DNA of 64,000 nucleotides from Octopus sinensis (Eukaryota): the NCBI RefSeq assembly GCF_006345805.1, contig NC_043002.1, forward strand, positions 116,684,001-116,748,000, given 5' to 3'. The translations under genes were made by a program, and so were the position numbers. The notes under the pieces were generated by a model that ran no database searches, had not been told where the DNA came from, and saw only the letters and a list, made by a program, of their open reading frames with translations. Positions 13,721 through 26,711 of this stretch are shown piece by piece. Positions within the stretch are counted from its first letter, which is position 1. Each line of letters begins with the position of its first letter.

Positions 13721-14387
13721 TAAATTTCAAACTCGTCGAGAAGTATTGCCATTTCTTAAAGGAAATCTAGGACAAAATTGTCTATTCTAAAGTCTTTTCA
13801 TGGAACAGGTTTAACACATGATTAGCACGAAGAAAGATACTGCTCAGAATGTCGAAGTTAGAAAGAAGTAATTACTCGCCAGAAAACAGATAAGAAAATT
13901 AAAACGGAAAACAATCTATCGAATGAAACTGCTGAGTTAAAACTAAAAATTTCTAATAGCCAAACAACAACAAATCTGAACAGATATATAACGTACTAGC
14001 CATGATTGTATTTTATGCTTAGTTGAACGAATCCTCGCGCCAGATTATTAAGATGTCTTTCTATATTTGATACCCGTAGGCGCTTTCCCTTTTTCTTGTA
14101 TTTTATTTTCATTAAACAAAACAAGTCAACCGTCTCACTGCATGCTGAAGTTTTCTACTCCATTTCTCACGTATTAGAGTATTAAGAGTTAAGAACCTAT
14201 TATACTGATATTACTTTTAGGGGCAAATACGAAAGCACTATGGCTGCTGCTGATGTCAAATGTTGATTCAATAGATCAATTCGGTGACATGTGAAAAAGC
14301 AAGCACAGTTGTAATTAACATATGCAATACTTTTAATGTATCTAACTTCTTAGGCTCTTCGCTTCACTTTCTGTTCTCACATCAAAC

Positions 14388-14434
<47 letters not shown>

Positions 14435-14599
14435 TGTATGTATAATTGAAAAAAACTTGGACTCAGCAAGAAAGGGTATGGTTGGACATTTATTTTTTTA
14501 ATCTCTACAATTGTTCCCACGCAATATAGTTCTCCAGGTGTGCAGGTAATTGATTAATCCAACTATTTCCCTGCATTGTAACATCTAGTTGCATTTCCT

Positions 14600-15420
14600 C
14601 AGGTGATTGCTAGGGCCTGGTATAAGGGGAAAAAAACCAAGATCACACCTGGTGAAGCTCAAAATAGTACTAACACCAACACACCTAATGTAGAAAACGC
14701 ACACAACACGAAAGCCAAGAACAAACACATAACAATAAAAACATAAAAACCCAAGAAACAATGCAAAGATAGGAAAAAAGTAAACAGAATCCAAAAGAAT
14801 AACAATAATAGCAAAAGTGACGCACAAAATGCCAACAATACACAAAATTAGCTAAATAAAAGATTTAAAAAATGCCGAGGTCCTATAGAATAACCCAATT
14901 TTCGGATTGCAAATATCATTGAAGATAGGTAAACAATTCCTTGAAGCGTTAGATCGGTGCTTCTCTAAAACACATAAATACCATCGTATCTTCACATATT
15001 TAACAGGTTTAACACAGTGAAAGTATCGTATGCCACATCTAACAACATGGAATATTACATACACAGATACAACAATAAAAAAATGCATGTAAACAACGAC
15101 CACAGAGAAGGAACAAACAGATCAAAATAACACTGAGTTTAGGAATAATAGCAAAAATAAACACAACAGGGATCACAAAAAGATGGATAGCGACCCCGAC
15201 CGTTATAACAGGATTCAAACAAGAATTTAAAAAAGAATAAAAAAAAACAGACTTTAACATCAAGAACACTTCACACACTGCTAATCAACCGGAACATAAC
15301 AAAAACCAAATGACACCAGATAACTACAAAAATAATAATAGTGCAAATAATTGTAGCTGTCGCAGGAAATCTGCATGTCCGCTCAGGAACCAATGCATGC
15401 ACAAAAACATCATACTCTCG
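14600..15420 (+). mobile_element. Penelope-like element fragment (RT thumb / linker toward GIY-YIG)
   Basis: KIGKQFLEALDRCFSKTHKYHRIF..FNTVKVSY and CSCRRKSACPLRNQCMHKNII are typical Penelope linker motifs. Confidence 0.7.
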
Positions 15421-15794
15421 AACTTGCTGATCAGAGAATATAGCATAATCGCCGTTCAGAGAAATATGCATTTTTCCAGACAGCACTGTGAAATAATAAT
15501 AGTGATAATTCAGTGAAATCACTCCCTCTCCTTTCCCCCTCATCCATGTGTGCATGTGTCAGGTTGTATTTCTCTCTATGTATATACGTATGTGCGCCTG
15601 TTCGCGTGTATACAATGCATGAGTGTATGTACTTACGTAAGTAAATATATATATGTGTATATGTGTGAGTGTGTGGGTGTGTGTGCAAACACGATCATAT
15701 GTGTTTATGTATATGCGTGCAAGTATATGTATATACATATATTCATATATGAGTATGTAACCGTATATGGATGCGTGTGTGTATATGCGTATAT

Positions 15795-15799
15795 ATCTA

Positions 15800-15857
<58 letters not shown>

Positions 15858-15893
15858 CCTACCTAAATACCTACTACCTACCTACCTACCTAC

Positions 15894-15938
<45 letters not shown>

Positions 15939-15956
15939 AATCTATCTATCTATCTA
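15795..15956. repeat. (TCTA)n/(CCTA)n microsatellite
   Basis: Directly visible. Confidence 0.95.
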
Positions 15957-15974
15957 TTGCGTGTGTGTGTGTAA

Positions 15975-17830
15975 GATTCAAATATTCTCAAGTTTCACTG
16001 GTCCCACTCCTGAACTATACGGCCGTTATATTGATGACTGTATCGGTGCGACCTCACTCACCCGCGAACATCTAGACTCTTTCCTCTCTTTTGTTAAATC
16101 TTTCCATCCTGCCCTCCACTTCTGCTGCACTATTTCTGACACCTCAGTCGCCTTTCTCGACATTTCACTCAGCATTCATCACTCCACTCTCACCACCTCC
16201 ATCCACTTCAAACACACCGACTCACACTCCTAACTCAACTTCTCCTCCCACCCTAAACACACCAAGTTCTCCTTCTCCTATTCCCAATTCCTCCGTCTAC
16301 GCAGGCTCTGCAGTGATAACCATGACTTTGAGACTCAGTCTCAACACAAGGCTCACCACTTCATCCTACGTGGATATCCCCTCACCACTATCCACACCGC
16401 CCATGCCAGAACAAGTTCCGTGGACCGTGCATCTGCTCTTTCCCCCCGCACCCGCCCTATCGTCATCCGTCTCCCGTTTCCCCTCACTTACCTCCGCACC
16501 ACCCTACCTCTCCAACGCACCACACCATTCTCCGACCCTTCCGGCAATTCCAGTCCGACCCCTCCACTTCCCTAACCGACCCCTCCCCTCCTTCAAACGA
16601 ACCCACAACCTACGAGACCTCTTGGTCCACAGCTTCTTCCCTAACCCAACCTCCCAACCCGGCTCGTTCCCCTGCTCCTACCCACACTGCCGCACCACCC
16701 TCCTCGCAGGCACCCATCATCGACCCTATCATATCACTGACTCTTTCACCTGCACTTCTAGCATCGTCATCTCCTGCATCTCCTGCTCTCTCTGTCTTTC
16801 TCTATACATCGGCTAAACGGAACGCCGCTTGGCTGACTGGTTTGCGGAGCACCTCCCAGACACCTGAATCGTTAACGACACTCCGATCTCACGTCATTTA
16901 CGCTCTACCGGTCACTCTTTACAACAATTGTCTATGTTCGGATTGTCCTTGCACAGGGGCCATCCGGACTCCCGTCTTCGCCGTGGGCAGGGATTGATAT
17001 TCTCTCTTCGCTCCTTTGCGCCACAAGGGCTCAACTCTACTCCCCTCTTCATCTAACCCTCCTCCTATCTCCTCCCTTCCTCTCACACCTACTTCCTCCC
17101 ACCCACCTCTCCTCTTTTGCTCTGGCACCTACTTTCTCTCTTCTCTCCTACCCACTTTCTCACTTCCATCCTCTCTCTTCATCGTCACCCCTCCCTCGTT
17201 ACCCTACCCTACACATTCCAACCCCACCGTCTCTATACATCCCATCTCACGCCCAGCCCATCCCTTAGACACCACCCTTGCTTCCAGCAATATTGCCTAC
17301 CCAACACCCCAACACCAGCACACCCACCACAACACCACACACCACCACACCACAGACCACCACACTACACACCACCACACCCCACACCACCACACCACAT
17401 CACACCACCCCGAACACACTAGCACTGACTACTTCCCAGCACCCTCACCAGCACACTAGCACTGACCACTTTCCAGTAACTACACCATCATCCACCTACA
17501 CATGCACAAGCGCACACCTCAATGTCACGATCCCCCTTCCACACGCACATACACGCTCTCAAATACACACGCACGCGTTACCTTCATTTTGGGATCACCA
17601 CTACTTTATTATTTCCCCTTCTTCTTAACTCTTCTGTGTGACCCCTTTGTCCGGCATTCGCCATGATAGATCGCTAGCCACAATATTTATTTATGTGTTC
17701 CTTTCATTCGAAGAGCGTAGGCTCGAAACGTAAAAGACTTTCTCTCTTCCCGAGCGTTAAATTAATACATCTGTTTGTTGTTTACGCACCAGCCTTTGTC
17801 TTATGTTGTTTTTATAAATTCTCACTATAT
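15975..17830 (+). mobile_element. Penelope-like element, 5'-truncated: RT C-half, GIY-YIG endonuclease, low-complexity tail and terminal motif
   Basis: [31 protein letters not shown]; CISCSLCLSLYIG*TERRLADWFAEHL; GLN end; terminal CGAAGAGCGTAGGCTCGAAACGTAAAAGAC at 17709-17738; multiple stops and frameshifts. Confidence 0.85.
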
Positions 17831-18229
17831 ATATGTAATGAACGTCTGGTGTGTGTTGCATACTGTATCTAGTTGTGTGAAAAAATGTACTCTAAATAAA
17901 CGACAGATAAAAAAACGTATAAGAAACACAGGGTCTCCAATTCTTCATCAGTTATCAACCAGAATGGTAATACTTTAACGATAACACTGAGGGGCTTCCC
18001 GTCTTGGTGAAGCCTACGAAAGACGCAGAGAATCGGCCTCAAGCAAACAAAGCGACACTGGGTGGATTACGAAAGTAGGGAAAGTAACCTAAGACGATGG
18101 ACAAAGACGAAACCAGCAAAATAGGGCATTGCACCCAAAAGACAAGAATGGGGAGTAATGCTTAGAAAAATCCTAGGGAATATAGACAACATTAAATAGC
18201 AAGACAAAGTATTTTTGTGACAGGGCGGC

Positions 18230-19475
18230 CACCTTAAAATTTCAAACATATATACTTTAATATGGGGTAGGACCGCCTTTAGCAGTAATTAAAGCATGGA
18301 TTCTACGATGTATGGACTCGTACAAAGTTCGAATTTTTTCCAAAGGAATTTTTGTTCATTCTTCAGCTAAAACACTCTCCAGTTCTTGTAGTGATGATGG
18401 TGGAGGATATCGACTCGTTACTTGTTTTTCTAAAGTGCACCATAAATGTCCAATAATATTGAGATCTGGGAACTGTAATGGCCAGATAAGATGTTCAACG
18501 TTACTAGAACGTTCCTCGTGCCATTCAGTAACAACTTTAGCTGTGTGAATTGGTGCTTTATCATCCTGAAAGATTGCGTTTCCCTCCGGAAACAGTTCTG
18601 CAACCATAGGCTGTATTTGATCAGATAAAATGCTTAAATAATCTTGACTATTAATTCTGCCATGAAGGGAAACCGTTGAGCCGGTGGATATAGGCTCCCA
18701 GATCATCACAGATCCACATCCGTGTTTAACAGTTGGAAGAAAGCAGTCTGGGTGAAATGCTTCTTTTGGCTGTCTCCACACATATACTCGGCGGGTGGTC
18801 GGAAATAAGGTAAAGGATGATGCGTCCGAGAAAATAACATTCTTCCGCTGTTCTAAGAACTAATTCTGTAGGTTTTTACTCCACTCTAAACGCTTTGCAA
18901 CGTTTGTTTTTGAAAGTAATGGTTTTCTGATTGTAGCGCTCCCAAGAAATCTGGCTTTGTACAGATCCCGGCGAACAGTTTTTGTGGAAACTGGGGTTTT
19001 AGAGGTGGCCATTAAGCTCTGTAGTAATTTGTGTGGCTGGACTTCTGTGATCCTTTCTAACAATTTGCGTAAGAGTCCGACGGTCCCTATCTGAAAGTTT
19101 TGGTTTTCCTCCGGAGTTTTGTTTCGTTGAGGAGGTTTTTCCCTCTTTCTCAAAAGCTGTCATTACATTCGAGACAATATTTCTTGATACACCAAACAAT
19201 ATCGGCTGTTTTCGTTACGCTAGTGCCTGCTATACGAGCACCAACAATTTGACGTGTTTGAAAGTCCGATAGATTTGTCATTTTAATGAATTTTAATTAC
19301 TTTATCTTTGACGATATCTGAAAAGAAACAGCAATTTTAGCAAAAAATATTAAGCAACACTAATAATAGATTAATAAAAAAAAAACATAAAAATAAACAA
19401 GCTTTTGATGGTTTTACAGATATTTCCAAATTATAATGCTATGCTAGGTATTTCCATTATTTTGTCCAACCCATG
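18230..19475 (-). mobile_element. Tc1-family DNA transposon with a pseudogenised transposase; only one TIR is recognisable
   Basis: ATG at 19281 (MTNLSDFQTRQIVGARIAG), HTH region, FSDAS, VKHGCGSVMIW, FQDDKAPIH, WPLQFPDLNIIGHLW; TIR CATGGGTTGGACAAAATAATGGAAA next to TA at 19476-19477. Confidence 0.9.
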
Positions 19476-20872
19476 TATACTTATATGTATGGATGTGAGT
19501 GTGTTCATGTGTGTGTGTATGTGCGTAAGTAGATATATATATGTATATACATGTGTAATTATGTGTGTATGAACACACGGTCATCTGTGTATGTATCTGT
19601 GTATATGTGAGCCTGTGTGTATATACGTAGATGTATATATAATGTATATATATATATATATATATATGTGTCTGTGTATGTGTATGCGTATGTGAATGTA
19701 TATATATATTTATATAAATATATGTACGTGTGTGCGTGCACGTGCGTGTACGTGTGATGTGTGTACGTATCCGAGTGTTGAATCTTGAAGGTCAGCTGAA
19801 GACAATTGCTTGTGTAATCAGCAAATCAACGGTACAAAGGAATCAAATGCCAATCCTTTTAAAACGGCAACCACTGTCATAGAATCATCATACCACTACT
19901 TCTACACATTCAAATCAGTTTGCCAGCGGCCCTTCGGCAACAGCACACCCTGATAAACTCTTGAACCCGAAGATTTTAAAGTTACGGAGACAATATTTGC
20001 ATATCACATGAGGAAACATAACTAGATCTCATAATAGAGGGAAACAGTTGCAAAGAAATAGAATGCCAAGAAAGTGAGAGAGGGGAAGCGAGAAAAAGGA
20101 AAAGAGGAAAGAAAGAAGAAAATCGTACAGAATTTACTTACTTAAAAGCTGAGAACTCTTTCTTTTCATTTTCCTTTTTGTCGCTGCCCCTCTCTCACTT
20201 TTCTCGGCATTCTCTTTCTTTAATCTCCCTACTTTCCTCTGTAATCACGCTCGTACCTTTCCTTCTATCCTCTCTCTCTCTCCCTAGTTCCTTCCCTAAT
20301 TCTTCAATCCCTCTGCTCCCTACCTCTCTCTGTTCCGCTCACATGACCGGTGCTCGGCGAAACATGATCTTTCTAACTTGGCCTGACCGCCGCTCGCACC
20401 ACTCCTTATTTTCCTGTCTCCTGAGTTTCATCTACATTTGTAGCCGCAAGGTTTCCACTTCACTCGCCAGCTTAACTTAACTTGTCCTTTTGGTCGAAAG
20501 ACACCTGTTGTTATTCTCATGCTTGCATTTGTAATCGTGTAACATTTTCTAGGTTTTCTGTTTTTTTTTATCCGTGTTATCACACGTATTCGCTTGCTTT
20601 CTTCTAAAAATGTAATGCTTTTAGCTTAGATTTTTGACCCTACCAATTGCGAACAGTCGCAAGTGTAACAGGCCGAAATTGTAAGGAGGAATGGAAGCTT
20701 GACTAATGAATAGTAAGCCAAGAATGTTCCGTTCTGGTTTTCCTGTCCATCTTTGTATCGTCATATGTCCGTATGTTTTCATTGCCGTCCGTTACGTTTT
20801 TGTTCCGTTTTTTTTTTATTTATATATACATATAGCGGCGTACGTACACCTTTTGCTCAAGTTGTAAGTATA

Positions 20873-20995
<123 letters not shown>

Positions 20996-21809
20996 GTATG
21001 TTTGTATATATCTATGTATGTATATACATATAAAATACACTTTAATTGAAATGCAGTCTCCCAAAACTTAAACATCTCATAATAAATGTGTATCAGTGTG
21101 TCACGTTTTGACCTCCTCCCTCACTATTCAATGACACTTCTTCGTGCTGGTGTGAGAGTAATAGTAGGCATAGAGACGGTGAGAGCGGTGGCGAAGACAG
21201 AGAGAGAGAGAGAGAGAGCGAGAGGAAGGAAATAAAAAGAGAGATAATGAAAGAGAGACACAAAATTTAGGGATATTTGAGGTTTTATTAAAAGCAGTAG
21301 TGTTGATGGTGGCAATGGGAGAGAGAGTGTGCGTGTGAAAGAAAGAAAGAGTAGATATGTGAGAGAAAAAGGGAGATGTACAACTTTCCTGGAGAGAAAT
21401 TCCTGTGGCCAGCATACTGAACCAACTACGGAACTCTATCATTTTTGTTATATTTTTGGCCTTCTGTAATACAAACATGTATATATGTGTGTGTGTATGT
21501 GGTGTGGTGTATGTGTGTGTGCATAAAATGCATATACATACACACACGCACATACATAAATTGAAATACAATTTCCGTCAAATTAAACATATATAATATA
21601 ATAAATGTGAATGTCAGTGTATCAGTGTGTTACACATTTCAACCTTACTCCTAGAGGCCGTAGCCCAACATATCATACCATCTTGGAATCAGGCTGACTC
21701 CATGAGTAAATTAAAAACATTCCGGGCCGAATCCGGACCTGCAATCCTGAAATTTTGGATTCCTATATTTTCATTACTGCGATTCTTTTCGGGGATTTTT
21801 TCACATGAT

Positions 21810-21910
21810 TTTTAGCGACGAATATGATCATCATTGGGATATGACTCTGGAGGAGCAATTACAACAAATTCTCCACAACAAGTCAGAAATCTGTTTGCAG
21901 AACTCTCCAT
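21810..21910 (+). mobile_element. Helitron Rep/helicase coding remnant
   Basis: DEYDHHWDMTLEE-(frameshift)-ITTNSPQQVRNLFAEL resembles the Helitron motif DDxxWxxTLEEA..SPxQLRxLFA. Confidence 0.5.
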
Positions 21911-21979
21911 TTCGGGTTAGTTGCTTAAAAGCTGCATACCAGCTAAAAAGCCGCCATATCGTGCGGCTTTCAACCTAGT

Positions 21980-22176
21980 ACATACATACACACATACATG
22001 CATACATACATGCATACATACAAACATACATACACACATACATGCATACATACATACACACATACGTACATACATACATACGTACATACATACATACATA
22101 CATACATACATACGTACATATATATATATTGTGTGGGGGTGCATATGTATACACACACGCATATATCTATACTATA

Positions 22177-22262
<86 letters not shown>
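21980..22262. repeat. (ACAT)n and (TA)n microsatellites
   Basis: Directly visible. Confidence 0.95.
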
Positions 22263-22266
<4 letters not shown>

Positions 22267-22289
22267 GAGTATATATATTATATATGTAT

Positions 22290-25200
22290 GTATCATACCA
22301 TATCATCATATACCCAAGCCTATTCCCCATTTTTTCATTTTAGGAGAGGTAGCCACAACAAGACACACACCAAGCATTGCATTAATTTCCCAGCTCAAAG
22401 AGGCGGGCCCCGTTCTATGTTCGGGTCAAGGCATAGGACCCAGTATCAGTAGCGGATTCAGATAGCATATGCTGCTTTACCCCCGCTGCATCATGCTGGT
22501 TCCGTACCCATTTGAGCAACATCAAAATTCACTCATCCCTCCACAAACACTCGCCAAGATTTCCTATCATTTATAAACTCTCTTGCCTCTCTCACTCCAA
22601 CACCTCTATCAATCAAAGCTTTCCTCACTCCATCCATCCACTTCACCCTTCGTCACCCTCCTTACCATCCGCTCCTCATCCATCCTCTCCATGTGGCCAA
22701 ACCATCTCAACATTCGTCTATCCAAGTTAGTTTTTCTTTCATTCATGCTCGTCTTCGCACCTCCTCATTCCTCATCCTGTCCATCCGTATTATACCAACC
22801 ATAGCCTCATAGATCATATCTCAAACACATCTAGTCGCCTCCTTTCCACCTCTCTCAGCCCCCTCTGCACCATATAACATCGTCGGCACAACCACGCCCT
22901 CATACACTCCTCATTTCGCTTTCATACTCAACCTTTTATCTCTCAGCATATCTTTCACAACTCTAAGTATCTTACTACCCCCCTCACTCTGTATCCCACC
23001 TACTCAGCCAAACCACCCCCCGCCATCACATGTGAGCCTAGATACTAAAAATCACTCACCCCTCTATATTCTCGCCATTTATACTCAAATCCATCCTACC
23101 AGTCCTTCCATCTCTCGAACATCTCATCACCTTACTCTTAGCTACATTCACTTTCAGTTTTCACCTCTCACAGACTCTTCCAAAATCTACCACCAGTTTC
23201 CTCAGTTGCTCTTCCGAATCCGCCACCACTGCTGTATCATCAGCAAGCAACAACTGACTCACCTGCCATTTCTCTCCATTTCTCCCACCGTTTGGGCTCC
23301 CTTACCAAAGGTTTTAGCATTTACCTCTCTCCCCACACCATCTATATATAAATTAAACAGCCACGGAGACATCACACAACCTTGTCTTAACCCCATCGCA
23401 CGCCCTACTTTCTCTATAAAAACTCTGAACAGCTCTCAATAATCTCCCATCTGCTCCATACAACCGCAACACCCGCCACATTTCATCCTTCTCCACTCGG
23501 TCATATGCCTTCTCTAAGCCCATAAAGGCCCAGTACATTTCCCTCCCTTTTGTCAAAAGCTTCTCATACAACTGTCTTACTACAAATATTTGATCTGTAC
23601 ACCCCTTTCCACTCCTAAAACCACATTGTTCCTCCCCTACTACTCTCTCTGTCTGGTTCCTCACCCTAATAACCAAAATTCTCCCATACATTTTACCAAC
23701 CGCACACAGCAGATTTATACCCCTAAAATTTCCACATTTATCCCCTTTTCCATCGTACAGTGGCACTATACAGGGGACTGGTACTCTTCCAACCATATAA
23801 CAAACATTCATAACTTTCACTAACCATTCAATCACTGTCACGCCACCTTTCTTTAAGCATTTCACTGTACACCCATCTATACCTGGCGCCTTCCGGTTTA
23901 CCATCTTCCGCAGGGACTCCCTCATCTCCTCTCTTCTCCTACAGCCACTATACTTGCCTCCCTAACATCCTCCACATTTAACAGCTCACTAAAATACTCT
24001 GCCCATCTCCTTTGTAGATCTTCATTTACTTTCAACAATTTTCCATTTACAACCTTCACCCGTTCTTCCCTTCCCCCGACCACCTTTCTTACCTTCTCTA
24101 CTTCTTTCCAAAACATCTTTTTATTTCTTACAAAATTTTCACTCAACTTTTTCCCGAACCCTTCACTCGCCACCCATTTCGCCACTCTCACCACCCTCTT
24201 TACTCTCCTCATCACTTCTCTGTAGTGATCATAAACCTCTTCATCCTCCTTTTGCAACCACTCTTCAAAGGCCCTTTTCTCCTCTGCAATTGCATCCCTT
24301 AACTGCTCATTCCACCACTCACTACCTTTCCTCACACCCATTCCAACCACTCGTGTACCACATACCTCAGAGGCACATCTCCTTACTGCATCTCTAAAAG
24401 CCTCCCACATCTCCAACCTCCCGTTTCCTATTCACCTGTTCCTATTTACCTCTCAGTTCAGTTTAGTTTCTCTACACACGTCCGCTCTTTCTCTCTCCTT
24501 TCCAGTCCACTCGCCTTCACAACCTTTCTCCTCACTTGTCTAGCATTCCATTTAGAGCATACTTTCAACTTAAACTGTACTAATAAGTAATCTGACACTC
24601 CTCCACCTTCACCTATCATTAGATGCATATCTAACAACCTTCCTACCACTCCCTTATCAATTAATATGTAGTCCATCAAGGCCCTGTCCACTACTGTTCC
24701 TCTCTCCACTCTCCACCACATGAACTTATTCTTCTCCCACTTTTTGAAAAGACTATTGCCCACCACCAACGCCTGCTCCATACTATTTCCAACAACCTCC
24801 TCCTTCCACTCTCATTCCGACCAGGAACTCCATATTTTCTTACTACATTTTCTACTTCCTCATTTCCCACTCGTGCATTCAAATCACGCAACAACACTAC
24901 ATAACCAATTTTCCCCACCCTATCCACACACTCTCTCAGTTCCCTCCAGAACGCCTCTCCTTCTTCCTCAATCCTTTCACTCTCTGGACTATATGTACTG
25001 AAAAACACCCACATCTCTCCTCCTCCCTCATCTTAACCCACATTAATCTTGTAGACACTTCCCTCCACTCCACCAAACTCTCACTCACCAGCAATGCCAC
25101 TCCCTCACGAGCCCTCCCACACTCGACACTCGTCCAGTTGCATTCCCAAACTGATACTCTCCCTTACTTATCATTAGTCTCTCTCAGTGCCAGCACATCC

Positions 25201-25470
25201 ACCTTTCTCCTCAGCATCACACTCCCTATCTCTCTCCTCTTCACCTCACTTGTACTACACCCACGCCCATTCCATAACCCTAGTACCAGGTGAGATTTGG
25301 TGTTAACCTTCTCCCACTCCCTTGTCTTTTTCTTGCTGCATTTTTAGGAATATGAATTTACTAGGAGGAAAGGATACTCAGTCCCCTCGCTCCTGCCCCT
25401 TTTAGTCGCCTCGTACTTCACGCAGAGAATACGGCGACCGCATTCTACCGATCCTCAGCTCAGTCACGAG
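22290..25470 (-). mobile_element. Near full-length RTE-clade LINE (APE endonuclease + RT), inactivated
   Basis: APE: VLLRDLNARVG, YGVPGRNESG, VGNSLFKK, RALMDYILI. RT: KAPGIDG, FRGINLL, EQCGFRSGKGCTDQIF, LEKAYDRV, QLLLADDTAVVADSEEQL. (TGA)-like tail near 22290-22310; 5' UTR motif GGCGACTAAAAGGGG. Confidence 0.92.
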
Positions 25471-25489
25471 GTGGCGGTACTAGTTAACA

Positions 25490-25650
25490 CATAGCTGGTA
25501 CCTTTACAGGTACTACCACTCCGGGCCAGAGTAGACCTGAGAATAATAGTGGCTAAAAGGTGGTTCCACACTCCTCAAGCCCTGAAACCAGGGCCCCAGA
25601 CTCCCAGGGTTCTACAACCGGATGTAGTTTATAGTCATACTCAGAACATA
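25490..25650 (+). mobile_element. Short interspersed repeat segment (SINE/RTE-tail-like)
   Basis: GGTACTACCACTCCGGGCCAGAGTAGACCTGAGAATAAT..GATGTAGTTTATAGTCATACTCAGAACA, recalled as a common octopus repeat; single copy in this window. Confidence 0.35.
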
Positions 25651-25953
25651 TATATTTAAAAATATGCCACTGAACTTCTCCAAACTAGACACCAATATCT
25701 AAGCATTATCTAAGTTTAATAAGATTACCTATGAAGCAAGACAACCAATAACAATGTAAACTATGAATCCGCAAACGGTTTCCACTTTATAGGAATGAAA
25801 GACACCTCAGGAAAAAGAGGCTACAATATAAGAAATTCACAATCAAATACATATTCCTTTGTCAGCCGCAAACGGATATCACTATGGTTTCAACACCTGA
25901 GCTGTACCGTTTAATCCGGCGGTGTCAATGACGTTAAAATTATAGACACTCAC

Positions 25954-26020
25954 CAGGGTGTCCACCAGCGTATTACTACAAGTGACAACATTAAAGTATA
26001 CAGATAGAATTTACATGTAG
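25954..26020 (-). other. Candidate isolated 67-nt exon
   Basis: tcctattttgtag|CTACATG...ACACCCTG|gtgagt; one open frame (TCKFYLYTLMLSLVVIRWWTP); no homology recognised. Confidence 0.2.
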
Positions 26021-26135
26021 CTACAAAATAGGACTTAAAAAGGATTGAAGTAAGTTGAAATCTCGAAATTCTAGTTTACAGAAGTTTATAATCTTTCCCC
26101 ATCTCTCTGTCCCTCTTATTCTCTCCTTAGTAAAT

Positions 26136-26493
26136 ACTAGCAGTATCGCCCGGCGTTGCTCGAGTTTGTTTCGACCCTTTAGAATTGGAAATTTTGAAAA
26201 GTAAGTGAACATTTTTCTGGTTGAAATACACCGAAAAATGGCGACACAGCAGTCAAAAAATCGTTAAAAATATAGGGATTTTCATAGAAAAGGCACCTTT
26301 TTGATGTAAATAATTTTTGGTGTTAACATGATCCGATTTGAAGTTTTTCTTCTACGGAAGGAAGAGCAAGCCTACGTCTATCATACGCTCAACTTTGGTC
26401 AACTTGCGCCGCAGGGTCTCAGAGGAGATAGTGTTAGTAGAAGGCTATCAAACCTGCCATACACAGACAACTTCAGCTTTATATATATGTATA
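26136..26493 (+). mobile_element. Non-autonomous Helitron/Helentron-type element, copy 2
   Basis: ACTAGCAGTATCGCCCGGCGTTGCTCGAGTTTG ... CAGACAACTTCAGCTTTATATATATG; inverted relative to 4314-4706. Confidence 0.6.
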
Positions 26494-26672
26494 CAGTCAA
26501 TACACATTGCATGCATCTGTTTTGTACGCATAAATTTTCGTGTGAGTGTGAGTGAGTGTGTGTGTATGGGGGAAAATAATTTAACGAAAATACAGCTTGG
26601 ATCGTGACGAATGTCCTCTTAAAATTTGAGCGACATGCGTGCTAATTTGTGGTTGTGCATAAACTACAATCA

Positions 26673-26711
<39 letters not shown>

